Shown piece by piece: positions 1 through 8,954 of a DNA stretch of 64,000 nt (the stretch's first letter is position 1; every line of letters starts with the position of its first letter). The translations under genes and the position numbers were made by a program. The notes below the pieces were generated by a model that was given only the letters and a program-made list of their open reading frames with translations, did not search any database and had not been told where the DNA came from. Source of the stretch: a virus; the IMG/VR virus record IMGVR_UViG_3300025280_000001, positions 4,524-68,523 of that record. One strand, given 5' to 3'.

Positions 1-284
1 ATTCATTGGATGCAGCTCATATGTTTTTGACAATTTTTGCTTTAATAGCACTTAATTTTAGAGATTTCTCTATGATACATGATTCTTATGGGTGTCACGC
101 ACCCTTGGTTAGTGTAATGAGAGACGCAATACGAAAGGAGTTTTATGAAATGCATAAACCACAACTGTTAGAAAAATTTCGGGAAGAAACCCAAGAACTT
201 ATTGGGAAAGTGTTACCTAAGTCACCTATTACTGGAGACTTGGATATTAATTTAGTGTTAAAATCAGATTACTTCTTCTCATGA
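1..284 (+). CDS. T7-like single-subunit RNA polymerase, C-terminal fragment (5' truncated by window)
   Basis: SLDAAHM (cf. T7 HSQDGSHL), motif C IHDSYG and the family-typical C-terminus SDYFFS. Confidence 0.93.
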   Translation, partial: SLDAAHMFLTIFALIALNFRDFSMIHDSYGCHAPLVSVMRDAIRKEFYEMHKPQLLEKFREETQELIGKVLPKSPITGDLDINLVLKSDYFFS

Positions 285-508
285 CTCATTTCTTTATAGA
301 CAGTGAGCATGATATGGAGGTGAACATAACATATTTAACCGAGCTTGCAAAATCAAAAGATTATTCTAAGATAGACATAACATTCCCTTCTAAGTTTATG
401 ATGATGACTTTTATGGATAATCTTTTAAATAATTTTGCCGATGAACACGTACCAGAACATACTAATATGGACATTAGTATCTTTGTACCAGGAGGAGATA
501 ATGAATAA
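281..508 (+). CDS. hypothetical protein
   Basis: 75-aa ORF with ATGA overlap on the RNAP stop. Confidence 0.6.
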   Translation: MTHFFIDSEHDMEVNITYLTELAKSKDYSKIDITFPSKFMMMTFMDNLLNNFADEHVPEHTNMDISIFVPGGDNE

Positions 509-758
509 GAATGATGTTGTTTGGAATGGTATTAAATATAATTCCAAGAAGGATCCTAACCTTAACGAACTTCAGGAGATGCATATGAATGAAGAGATAA
601 ATTTATATGAACCTATTGAAGCTTACTATGTTAAGTGGGATCATGATATAGATGGTGATAATCATAATCCTATTGAAGAGACAAAGGTAAGGAAAGATCT
701 TCCTTGCATTTCTCAGCAATGGAAAGAGGATTATAATAGGAGATTAAAGAATGGCTAG
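501..758 (+). CDS. hypothetical protein
   Basis: GGAGGAG RBS before ATG at 501; overlaps neighbours. Confidence 0.6.
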   Translation: MNKNDVVWNGIKYNSKKDPNLNELQEMHMNEEINLYEPIEAYYVKWDHDIDGDNHNPIEETKVRKDLPCISQQWKEDYNRRLKNG

Positions 759-1404
759 AGTATTATGTATTGGAGACTTACATTTACCTGCTATCCACCC
801 TGACTACCTACAATTTGTAAAGGATTTGAAACGAAAGTATAAAACAAATACTACTGTATTTATAGGTGATGTGTTAGATCATCACTCGATATCGTTTCAC
901 CAAAAGAATCCTGAATTGCCATCTGCAATTGATGAGCATGAGCAAGCTATTAAAGGTATGAAGGCGTGGAAGAAGGCGTTCCCTGAAGCTATGGTATGCA
1001 TTGGTAACCATGATGAACGAGTACATCGTTTGTCAGCTACTGCGGGGATTCCTTCTATGTATCTGGTAGATTACGTAGAGTTATATGATACACCTAATTG
1101 GGAATGGGACTACTCATTTCTAATTGATGATGTTATGTATACTCATGGCACAGGAGCAGGCGGTCAACGACCAGCCTATTCTGCTGCTATAAAGTTAGGA
1201 CATAGTGTGGTGATGGGTCATGTACATAGTAATGCTATGCTACAGATTTTACAATCACCAACTCAAAGGATCTTTGGTTTAAATGTAGGGTGTGGTGTTA
1301 ATACACATCACCGTGCTATGAATTATGCTAAGAATCATTTGAGTAAGCCAGTACTAGGTGCTGGTGTTATTATTGATGGAAAGCCATCATTAAAGTTAAT
1401 GTAA
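751..1404 (+). CDS. calcineurin-like metallophosphoesterase
   Basis: GDLH, GDVLD, GNHD, HG and GHVH motifs. Confidence 0.9.
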   Translation: MARVLCIGDLHLPAIHPDYLQFVKDLKRKYKTNTTVFIGDVLDHHSISFHQKNPELPSAIDEHEQAIKGMKAWKKAFPEAMVCIGNHDERVHRLSATAGIPSMYLVDYVELYDTPNWEWDYSFLIDDVMYTHGTGAGGQRPAYSAAIKLGHSVVMGHVHSNAMLQILQSPTQRIFGLNVGCGVNTHHRAMNYAKNHLSKPVLGAGVIIDGKPSLKLM

Positions 1405-1450
1405 TTTGAAAAATTTTGCTGAAAATTTTTAGAAAGTCAGCATTATTTAC

Positions 1451-1478
1451 TTGACAAATTACAAATGTATGGTATAAT
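1451..1478 (+). promoter_or_regulatory. host sigma70-type promoter
   Basis: TTGACA-16 nt-TATAAT with extended -10 TG, in the intergenic gap before the SSB gene. Confidence 0.85.
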
Positions 1479-1519
1479 ATCCATATAAGATTTTCAAACA
1501 GTCAGATAAAGGAGACAAA

Positions 1520-2050
1520 ATGACAATGACAGCGAAAATGAAACAGTTTGTAACAGAAACTTTAGAGGTAGTATACGGACATCTTCATCGTCCAGATGAT
1601 AAGTTCGGAGCTGATTCTGCTAATCACAATATAACTGTGATCGTAGATAAAGACTTTCAAGTTGTACTTGATAACCTAGAAAAAGAATCTGGAGCAACAA
1701 AGATTAATGGTATGCGTGTTGATGATGATGGTCGTACTTTACTAAAGGTCAAATCAAAGATCTTTGTTAAGAAGGGCGATCAAACATTCCCATGTCGTGA
1801 TGCCAATTCAATTAAGACTGAGGCTACACCCTTTGGTGGAGACAAGGTTAGACTACGATTGAATCCTACAATTCTAGAGAGAGACAACAGTATGAGTATC
1901 TATCTTAATGGATGTCAAATTGTTGAGAAGAATGCTTTAGATACTGGTGGATTTGATACAGTAGAAGATGGTTTCGATGGCAGTACTTGGACAGCACCCG
2001 CTGCTACACAAGAATTACCTGCTGAAACCGAAGACCCCCTACCATTCTAA
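1520..2050 (+). CDS. single-stranded DNA-binding protein (T7 gp2.5-like)
   Basis: HLHRPDDKFG, SIYLNGCQIV, acidic tail ending LPF; position in the replication module. Confidence 0.8.
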   Translation: MTMTAKMKQFVTETLEVVYGHLHRPDDKFGADSANHNITVIVDKDFQVVLDNLEKESGATKINGMRVDDDGRTLLKVKSKIFVKKGDQTFPCRDANSIKTEATPFGGDKVRLRLNPTILERDNSMSIYLNGCQIVEKNALDTGGFDTVEDGFDGSTWTAPAATQELPAETEDPLPF

Positions 2051-2463
2051 TGGAGTGGGTCTTTCCTATAAGCCCCATTGCAGCGAGTAGACCCCGTGTG
2101 TCAAAGCACGGGGCTTACTTTGCTGGTGCTTATAAGAAATTTAGAAAGGAAATGATAGATTTAATTCCTACTATTATTGGTGATGATTTTATACCACTTG
2201 AAAAACAACTCAAGGTAGACGTTGAGTTCTATATAACTCAACCAAATAAAACCAAACTAGATTCACCTAGAGCAGACATAGATAATTTTCTTAAAGCCTG
2301 CTTTGATTCTTTAAATGGTTGGTTATGGGAAGATGATCGTCAAATTATTCAGGTGTATGCAAGCAAAGAGTGGGCACCTAAAGATACTTCAGGCTATTTT
2401 GTTATAGGCATAGAGGAAATCGAAAGGATTACTAGAGATGTATTTAGAAAAAATCGTGATTGA
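2050..2463 (+). CDS. RusA-like Holliday junction resolvase
   Basis: RPRV, ADIDNFLKACFDSL, WEDDRQI. Confidence 0.9.
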   Translation: MEWVFPISPIAASRPRVSKHGAYFAGAYKKFRKEMIDLIPTIIGDDFIPLEKQLKVDVEFYITQPNKTKLDSPRADIDNFLKACFDSLNGWLWEDDRQIIQVYASKEWAPKDTSGYFVIGIEEIERITRDVFRKNRD

Positions 2464-2564
2464 AGAAGATGATGAAGGCTGTGTAATTATTGACGATGGG
2501 GAAGGAGAATAAATGGTTGTAGTTTATTGTATATTTTTTGGTATTTATTTATGGGGGATAATTA

Positions 2565-2960
2565 ATGGAAAAGTTTAAAAAAGTTTTAGCCAGTACTATG
2601 GCTGTATTATTAGGAGGATGTAGTGCTATACATAAAGTATTTGTTCCATCACCTAGCGCAATGGAACAAGCTATTCAGGTCATGGATACGCCTGTCAATA
2701 ATTGTAGCCCTATGCTTGGTTGGCTTGGTGGTATCTGTACCCTTTCTGGTATGGCTCTGCTTGTGCTGTCTGGTGGTCGAATGGGATACCAGCCGTTGAT
2801 CGGTGGAGTTTTATTCGTAATATTAAATTATGCCCTAGCTTTATATGCTAGTTGGTTCTTCCTTCCTATGGTGGTTGCAACAGGTGCAATCTCATTAGCA
2901 TGGGCAGGTAAAATAGTTATGGGGATTTATAAGGAGAAAAAAAATGGTAGAAATATTTGA
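2565..2960 (+). CDS. putative membrane lipoprotein
   Basis: lipobox-like LLGGC after a basic/hydrophobic N-terminus, plus about 3 hydrophobic segments. Confidence 0.6.
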   Translation: MEKFKKVLASTMAVLLGGCSAIHKVFVPSPSAMEQAIQVMDTPVNNCSPMLGWLGGICTLSGMALLVLSGGRMGYQPLIGGVLFVILNYALALYASWFFLPMVVATGAISLAWAGKIVMGIYKEKKNGRNI

Positions 2961-3072
2961 TACAGTGGTTGGAACACTATGTTATACGGCGGTAGTCTTT
3001 ATAGCAGGTGCTCTTATTGGTAAACCAATGTGGGAATGGATGCGTAAAAGTATGCCTTGGTCGGGGAAATAA
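2944..3072 (+). CDS. small single-TM protein (42 aa, not in ORF track)
   Basis: AAGGAG RBS; MVEIFDTVVGTLCYTAVVFIAGALIGKPMWEWMRKSMPWSGK; stop abuts the primase ATG. Confidence 0.7.
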   Translation: MVEIFDTVVGTLCYTAVVFIAGALIGKPMWEWMRKSMPWSGK

Positions 3073-4761
3073 ATGTCTAAGGTAACAACAAGAGAACAAT
3101 GTCCTGCCTGCGCCAGTCGTGGGCAGGACAACTCTCAAGATAACCTAGCAGTATATGATGATGGTCATAAATATTGCTACGCTTGTGAGTATAGAGAGAA
3201 TGGTAAAGGAACAACTATGAAAACTAGTTCCAAACTTAATAAGTTTTATTCAGGTAATCCCGTATCTAATAGGGGTATTACAGAGAAAACTATGAGAATG
3301 TATGGATATGAAACTATATCGAATGACGGTAAGAGAGCAGAGATTGCTTCGTTCTATCGTGATGGTACAGTAATAGCCCAACATCTTAGAGGTCCTAACA
3401 AAACCTTTAGATGGGTCGGTGATTCGTCTGCTCCCACACTATGGGGACAGCACCTCTGGAAGAACACTGGCGGTAAACGCTTAGTGATTACAGAAGGTGA
3501 GTACGATTGTATGACAGTAAGTCAACTGTTTAATAATAAGTGGGCAGTAGTTAGTCTACCAAATGGTGCAGCAGGTGCAATCAAAGCTATTAAAGATAAC
3601 CTTGAGTTTGTTAGTGGCTATGATGAGATTGTTCTTATGTTTGATAATGATCAGGCAGGACAAGAGGCAGCACAATCTGTTGCAGAGTTTCTTCCACCTT
3701 CGAAGTGTAAGATTGCTACTCTACCATACAAAGATGCTAACGAATGTTTACAAAAGAATGACTCTCAAGCTGTAGTTACGGCTGTATGGGAAGCACAACA
3801 GTACAGCCCAGACGAAATTCTTCACGTTAAGAATATAGAGAGTACGGTTAATGTCGACAGTACTGTATACCCCTTCCCCTTCCACTCACTGACTGAGTTT
3901 TTGGTGGGTCAAAGGTCAGGTGAGATTACACTATGGGCTTCTGGTACTGGGTCTGGTAAGACTACTATCATCAGAGAACTAATATACGATCACTTGGTAA
4001 ATGGTAGATCTGTTGGTGCTATCATGTTAGAGGAAGCACCACAAGAAACTATGGACGATATGATATCTCTTATGATTAATAAACCAGTAAGAGTTATCCG
4101 TGCTACTAGAATGATGAACGAGTTAAGAACTAAGCTTGGTCAAGATCCTATTAGCATGAGTATCATTGATGACTTAACAGATGAAGAATATGCAGAAGCT
4201 AGGAAACAACTTAATGATACTAACTTCTATATATATGATCATCTTGGAAACAATGGATTGAAGAACCTGTGTTCACGTATGGAATACATGGCTGTGTCTT
4301 TAGGTGTAGAGGTTATCGTGCTTGATCACATAACAGCCGCAGCTACTGGTCTCATGGGTGGAGACAGGGATTATGATGGAGGATCATCCGAAAGACTTCT
4401 TATTGATAATATCATGAAAGAATTCAGAGGACTTGTTTCTCGGACTGGTGTTAGAATAGATGTAATATCCCAACTAAAGAAGACTAATAAGGCTTACGAA
4501 GAAGGAGATAGGATTACTCTTCAAGACCTAAGAGGTTCTGGTTCACTATCCAGTGTTCCAAATACTGTTATAGGATTAGAAAGAGATAGACAAAACCCAG
4601 ACACTATGATTGCTAACACCACAACAATCAGAGTATTAAAGAATAGACTTACAGGTAAGGCTGGGGTCGCAACATGCTTATACTATGACCATGACAATGG
4701 TAGATTAACTGAACTAGACTGGGCACTAGATGATGAGGGTAAGGTTTTACTACACACATGA
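3073..4761 (+). CDS. DNA primase/helicase (T7 gp4-like)
   Basis: Zn finger CPAC..CYAC, TOPRIM ITEGEYD/FDND, Walker A GTGSGKT, DLRGSGSL, RVLKNR. Confidence 0.97.
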   Translation: MSKVTTREQCPACASRGQDNSQDNLAVYDDGHKYCYACEYRENGKGTTMKTSSKLNKFYSGNPVSNRGITEKTMRMYGYETISNDGKRAEIASFYRDGTVIAQHLRGPNKTFRWVGDSSAPTLWGQHLWKNTGGKRLVITEGEYDCMTVSQLFNNKWAVVSLPNGAAGAIKAIKDNLEFVSGYDEIVLMFDNDQAGQEAAQSVAEFLPPSKCKIATLPYKDANECLQKNDSQAVVTAVWEAQQYSPDEILHVKNIESTVNVDSTVYPFPFHSLTEFLVGQRSGEITLWASGTGSGKTTIIRELIYDHLVNGRSVGAIMLEEAPQETMDDMISLMINKPVRVIRATRMMNELRTKLGQDPISMSIIDDLTDEEYAEARKQLNDTNFYIYDHLGNNGLKNLCSRMEYMAVSLGVEVIVLDHITAAATGLMGGDRDYDGGSSERLLIDNIMKEFRGLVSRTGVRIDVISQLKKTNKAYEEGDRITLQDLRGSGSLSSVPNTVIGLERDRQNPDTMIANTTTIRVLKNRLTGKAGVATCLYYDHDNGRLTELDWALDDEGKVLLHT

Positions 4762-5354
4762 TGATAGTGACAGGTAGTCCCAGAGCAGGGACAAGTTTAG
4801 TTATGCAAAGTTTAAAGATCTTTGGGTTACCTATCGAGGGTGCGAAATTCCATGAGGATTTTCCTATCGTCGAAGGTAACCCAAAAGGTTACTACGATAT
4901 ACCCTTTCAAGAACAGATCGATGCTGCTAAGAACGGTGGCTTTGGAGATAAGTATGAGGGTAAGGTAGTTAAGTTATTCGGTGAGTCACTACTTCTTGCT
5001 GACCCATCTATAGTTACTCATATAATTGTATGTAAACGAAGAGACACAGGGGCACAAGATCGTAGTTGTATGAAGCTTATTAAACAGGAACGAGAGTTTG
5101 ATAATGATTCAGAGATACGTAATAACCTTATAACTATTCTGAAGGATGTAACTTTAGAACAGTTAGCATATAGAAGAGATGCTTATAATCACATGATAGA
5201 AACATTTCTTTCGCGTTGGTCAGGATATTCTATGGATGTTTATCTTGAAGATATGAGATACAATACAGTAGCTACACTAACAGAGTTACAAGACTTCTTC
5301 GATGCTGGAGGAAAAAAAGAATTAAAAAAAGCAATTGAAAATGTAGGAGAGTAA
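4758..5354 (+). CDS. sulfotransferase-family P-loop protein
   Basis: N-terminal IVTGSPRAGTSLVMQ (5'-PSB loop-like) and NPKGYYD. Confidence 0.7.
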   Translation: MMIVTGSPRAGTSLVMQSLKIFGLPIEGAKFHEDFPIVEGNPKGYYDIPFQEQIDAAKNGGFGDKYEGKVVKLFGESLLLADPSIVTHIIVCKRRDTGAQDRSCMKLIKQEREFDNDSEIRNNLITILKDVTLEQLAYRRDAYNHMIETFLSRWSGYSMDVYLEDMRYNTVATLTELQDFFDAGGKKELKKAIENVGE

Positions 5355-5355
5355 T

Positions 5356-7050
5356 ATGAAAAAACTATTGTTTGATATTGAGACCGATGGTCTTAATGAA
5401 ATAGTTATAAATGGGAAGGGCAACGCAGTCCCCGAAGGGACTAAAGTCTTTTGTCTTTGTACAAGAGACTTCGACACTGGATCAGTCAATGCGTATGTTG
5501 GACCCGGCATTAAAGATGGTGTTGAAGCATTACGTTGTGCTGATTTAATTATAGGTCACAATATATTAATGTTTGACATACCTTTCTTAGAGAGACTGTA
5601 TGGTAAGATATATACCGACACCTGTGATACCCTTGTAGTATCTAGGTTAATGTATCCTGATCTACATAACCACCCACTTGGTGGTAACTCTCTAAAGCAT
5701 TGGGGTAAACATTTAGGGATAGAAAAGATGGAGTATGATAACTTTGATTACTTCTGTGAAGAGATGCTTGAGTATTGTCTTCAAGATGTAGAGGTTAATG
5801 CTGAGATCTACAATACCCAACAAAATTTTATAGAGAAATATAAAAAGAACATAGCACTAGAGCACATAACAACTAAGATCATATCACTACAAATTAATAA
5901 TGGTTTTGGTTTTGATTTAGAGGCTGCGGAACAGTTGCAGATGCAGTTGTTATGTGAGAAAGCTAAGATAGATGATAGGATGCGGCACATATTTCCCCCT
6001 ATTGTAGAAGAGAGATGGTCTGACAAGACGGGTAATCGTTTAAAGGATAAAGTAACTGTCTTTAATCCCGGATCACGGCAACAGATAGCATCTCGCTTAA
6101 CTACGAAGTATGGATGGAAGCCACCCCTAACAAATAAAGGTAATCCTAAAGTAGACGCGGCTGTACTTAAGAAGTTAGATTATCCTGAGGCTAAGGAACT
6201 TGTAAACCAGTTTGATATAATGAAACTAGAAAGTCAAGTTGCTGACTGGATCAAGAGAGCGTCTGCTTCTAGGGATGGTAGGATACATGGTAATGTTAAT
6301 GTACAAGGAACTGTGACTGGTCGTATGACAGCTAGTCAACCTAACATGCAGCAAGTATCTGGTGATAGTAGAGCAAGAGCTTTGTTTAAACCAAGAGATG
6401 GCTGGGTACAGGTGGGTATAGATGCTAGTGGATTAGAAGCTAGGATGCTGGCTAACCGCATGGCACCTTATGACAGCTTAGAATATGGTAAGATTATTCT
6501 TAATGATGATATACATGAAGCTAATCGTAAGGCTGCTGGCTTAACAAACCGAGATCAAGCAAAGACTTTCTTCTATGGTCTGATCTATGGTGCTGGTAAC
6601 CAGAAAATAGGTGAGATAGTTGGTAAGAATTCTTGGACTGGTGGTAAACTAAAAGAAAAGTTCTTCAAGAATATCCCTGCAATCAAGAAGGTTATGGATA
6701 ACTGTGCTTTTCAGGTTGCTGATAAGAAAACTATTACACTACTGGATGGTAGAGAGGTACCATGTAGAGCTAAACATGTAGGTCTTAACGTACAACTACA
6801 GGGTGACGGTGCTATCGTGATGAAGCTAGCTTTATGTATACTTATAAACAAACTAAGTAAGTATAAGGGTAAGTATGGATTAATGGCTACTGTACATGAT
6901 GAGTGGCAGTTCGAATGTGATCCTATGATAGCTGAAGAACTAGGTAAACTAGGTTGTGAAGCTATTAAGGAGGCAGGTGAGCGGCTAAGTTGTGTCATGC
7001 CTCTTGCTGGTGACTATTGCATTGGTAAGGATTGGAGTGAGTGTCATTAA
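5356..7050 (+). CDS. family A DNA polymerase (T7 gp5-like)
   Basis: exo DIET/GHNILMFD/YCLQD; motif A DASGLE, motif B RDQAKTFFYGLIYG, motif C VHDE. Confidence 0.97.
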   Translation: MKKLLFDIETDGLNEIVINGKGNAVPEGTKVFCLCTRDFDTGSVNAYVGPGIKDGVEALRCADLIIGHNILMFDIPFLERLYGKIYTDTCDTLVVSRLMYPDLHNHPLGGNSLKHWGKHLGIEKMEYDNFDYFCEEMLEYCLQDVEVNAEIYNTQQNFIEKYKKNIALEHITTKIISLQINNGFGFDLEAAEQLQMQLLCEKAKIDDRMRHIFPPIVEERWSDKTGNRLKDKVTVFNPGSRQQIASRLTTKYGWKPPLTNKGNPKVDAAVLKKLDYPEAKELVNQFDIMKLESQVADWIKRASASRDGRIHGNVNVQGTVTGRMTASQPNMQQVSGDSRARALFKPRDGWVQVGIDASGLEARMLANRMAPYDSLEYGKIILNDDIHEANRKAAGLTNRDQAKTFFYGLIYGAGNQKIGEIVGKNSWTGGKLKEKFFKNIPAIKKVMDNCAFQVADKKTITLLDGREVPCRAKHVGLNVQLQGDGAIVMKLALCILINKLSKYKGKYGLMATVHDEWQFECDPMIAEELGKLGCEAIKEAGERLSCVMPLAGDYCIGKDWSECH

Positions 7051-7558
7051 GAATTATAAAGTATTTGTTATGTTTTACAGTGGGCTTAGTAAGCCGTGTA
7101 TATTTAAATCCTTAATGGACTTAGGTAAACTATTCTTTATACCAGGCGCTAACTTGGAACACGTATGTTTATTCCTGCATGGAGAGGATGAAGATCTTAT
7201 GTATCATGTAGGGAAAAGAGAAACTGTGGGGTGGAGAAAGGCTAAGTGGATGCATAAAGCATTCTATCCTGACAAGGCTGTATTCTTTGGCACAAAGTCA
7301 GTAAGTAAAGAGTGGATTGATGCATGCCCCATCATTAAGTTTAATTTTATAAAAATATTATTATGGTATTTTGTTACACGGTGGTTCAGTAAATGGATGC
7401 CTAAAGATAACTGTGCTATAGTTACATGTCAATTGTTAAGGGAACTTGGTTATCCTGTAAATGATAATGTTGTGCCCACATTAATGTGGAAGGAGATAAA
7501 TAATGCAGATGATACTAATATCTGGTCAAGCTGGAGTAGGGAAGAGTATGCTAGCTAA
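7037..7558 (+). CDS. putative permuted papain-like (NlpC/P60, YiiX/LRAT-type) protein
   Basis: EHVCL (His) precedes DNCA...LLRELG...P (Cys); GTG start at 7037 inferred. Confidence 0.45.
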   Translation: MSVIKNYKVFVMFYSGLSKPCIFKSLMDLGKLFFIPGANLEHVCLFLHGEDEDLMYHVGKRETVGWRKAKWMHKAFYPDKAVFFGTKSVSKEWIDACPIIKFNFIKILLWYFVTRWFSKWMPKDNCAIVTCQLLRELGYPVNDNVVPTLMWKEINNADDTNIWSSWSREEYAS

Positions 7559-8228
7559 GCTAATAGCTGAAGAAGTGTTTAGACTTGGTCTAAAGCCAGT
7601 CTTTCTATCCTTTGCTAGTCCACTCAAAGAAGACGCTGTTCGTAAAGGTTACTCTAAAGAAGATAATCCAGTAAAATATAGAGAGTACTGTCAAGAGATA
7701 GGTGCAGCCAGAAGAGAGGAAGATCCAGACTATTGGGTTGTAAAATTTGATGAGTCTCTTCAGGATATAGTAAAGGAAGAAAAGAAAGATATAGAAGCTA
7801 ACGCTAAATACTGGGAGAGAGTAGTGATTGTTGATGATTGTCGTTATGTAAATGAACTAGCATACGGGGTTTTATATAATGCAACAACTCTGTTCATGGC
7901 TTATGGAGAAAGAACTATAGAAGATTTCGAATGGAGGAAACACCCCTCCGAAGAAATGTCTCGATCTCTAGAGAATGGAGAAGACATACTGTTACACCAG
8001 TTTAGTGATGTGGTTTATAATGATTCCTCTGAATCTGATCTTATTAAAATAGTTAAAGCTAATGTTCCTATATGGTGTGGCACAGAAATAGAAACAGATG
8101 AGGAAGAAATAGATGCCTTGCCTTTACTACAAGATGTTATGGACAATCTAATGGACATGCTATTCCTATCAGATCCCGAAGAAGAAGAGGAGGAAGAGGA
8201 TGAAGATACCGAAGACAGCGATTCTTGA
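7503..8228 (+). CDS. deoxynucleoside monophosphate kinase-like P-loop kinase
   Basis: SGQAGVGKS, SFASPLK, DYWV, DDCRYVNE, HPSE; acidic tail. Confidence 0.8.
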   Translation: MQMILISGQAGVGKSMLAKLIAEEVFRLGLKPVFLSFASPLKEDAVRKGYSKEDNPVKYREYCQEIGAARREEDPDYWVVKFDESLQDIVKEEKKDIEANAKYWERVVIVDDCRYVNELAYGVLYNATTLFMAYGERTIEDFEWRKHPSEEMSRSLENGEDILLHQFSDVVYNDSSESDLIKIVKANVPIWCGTEIETDEEEIDALPLLQDVMDNLMDMLFLSDPEEEEEEEDEDTEDSDS

Positions 8229-8952
8229 TGCTGATATAATAGCATATAAAGCTGCGTGTTATGTAGATATAGAAGGCTATGATCATATGGAAGACCGTAT
8301 TAATGATGACATAAAGCGATGGACACCTAAAGAAACAGATTCTATTGTAATATCCTTCTCATGTAAGAGAAGAGATAATTTTAGAAGAGGTGTATGGGAA
8401 GGCTATAAAAAGAAAAGAGATTCTAGTGTTCACCCAGATTCCTTAAGTGATTGCCGTGCATATATGTCCGATAAGTGGGAAACTATAGTAGAGCCGTCGC
8501 TTGAAGCTGATGATATAATGGGTATATATGTATCAAGAGGAGAGATGCTCGGGGTTACAATAGATAAGGATCTAAAGACAATCCCAGGATATCACTGGAA
8601 CCCTGATAAAGATAAGGCTATACGCTACATATCAGAAGAAGAAGCGGATAGGTTCTTCCATCTACAGTGGATGACTGGTGACCCAACTGATGGTGTCCCT
8701 GGTCTTTGGAGAATTGGTCCAAAGAAAGCTACCAAGTTATTGGACGAATGGGATATTGATAAGTGGGACGAAGAGATATTAAAAATGTATGATGAGTGTA
8801 AGCGAGTAGTAGAGCTAGACGTAGACTCTAGAGACTTTGCATTATCTATGGCTCATAGTGTTAGGATACTACGAGCTAATGAATATGACTTTAATACCCA
8901 ACAGGTAAGCTTATGGTTACCTATAGTTGGGTCTAACAATAATAAGGAGTAA
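8200..8952 (+). CDS. 5'-3' exonuclease (T7 gp6-like)
   Basis: DADII, LEADD, DKDL, GDPTDGVPG..IGPKKA. Confidence 0.93.
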   Translation: MKIPKTAILDADIIAYKAACYVDIEGYDHMEDRINDDIKRWTPKETDSIVISFSCKRRDNFRRGVWEGYKKKRDSSVHPDSLSDCRAYMSDKWETIVEPSLEADDIMGIYVSRGEMLGVTIDKDLKTIPGYHWNPDKDKAIRYISEEEADRFFHLQWMTGDPTDGVPGLWRIGPKKATKLLDEWDIDKWDEEILKMYDECKRVVELDVDSRDFALSMAHSVRILRANEYDFNTQQVSLWLPIVGSNNNKE

Positions 8953-8954
8953 GG

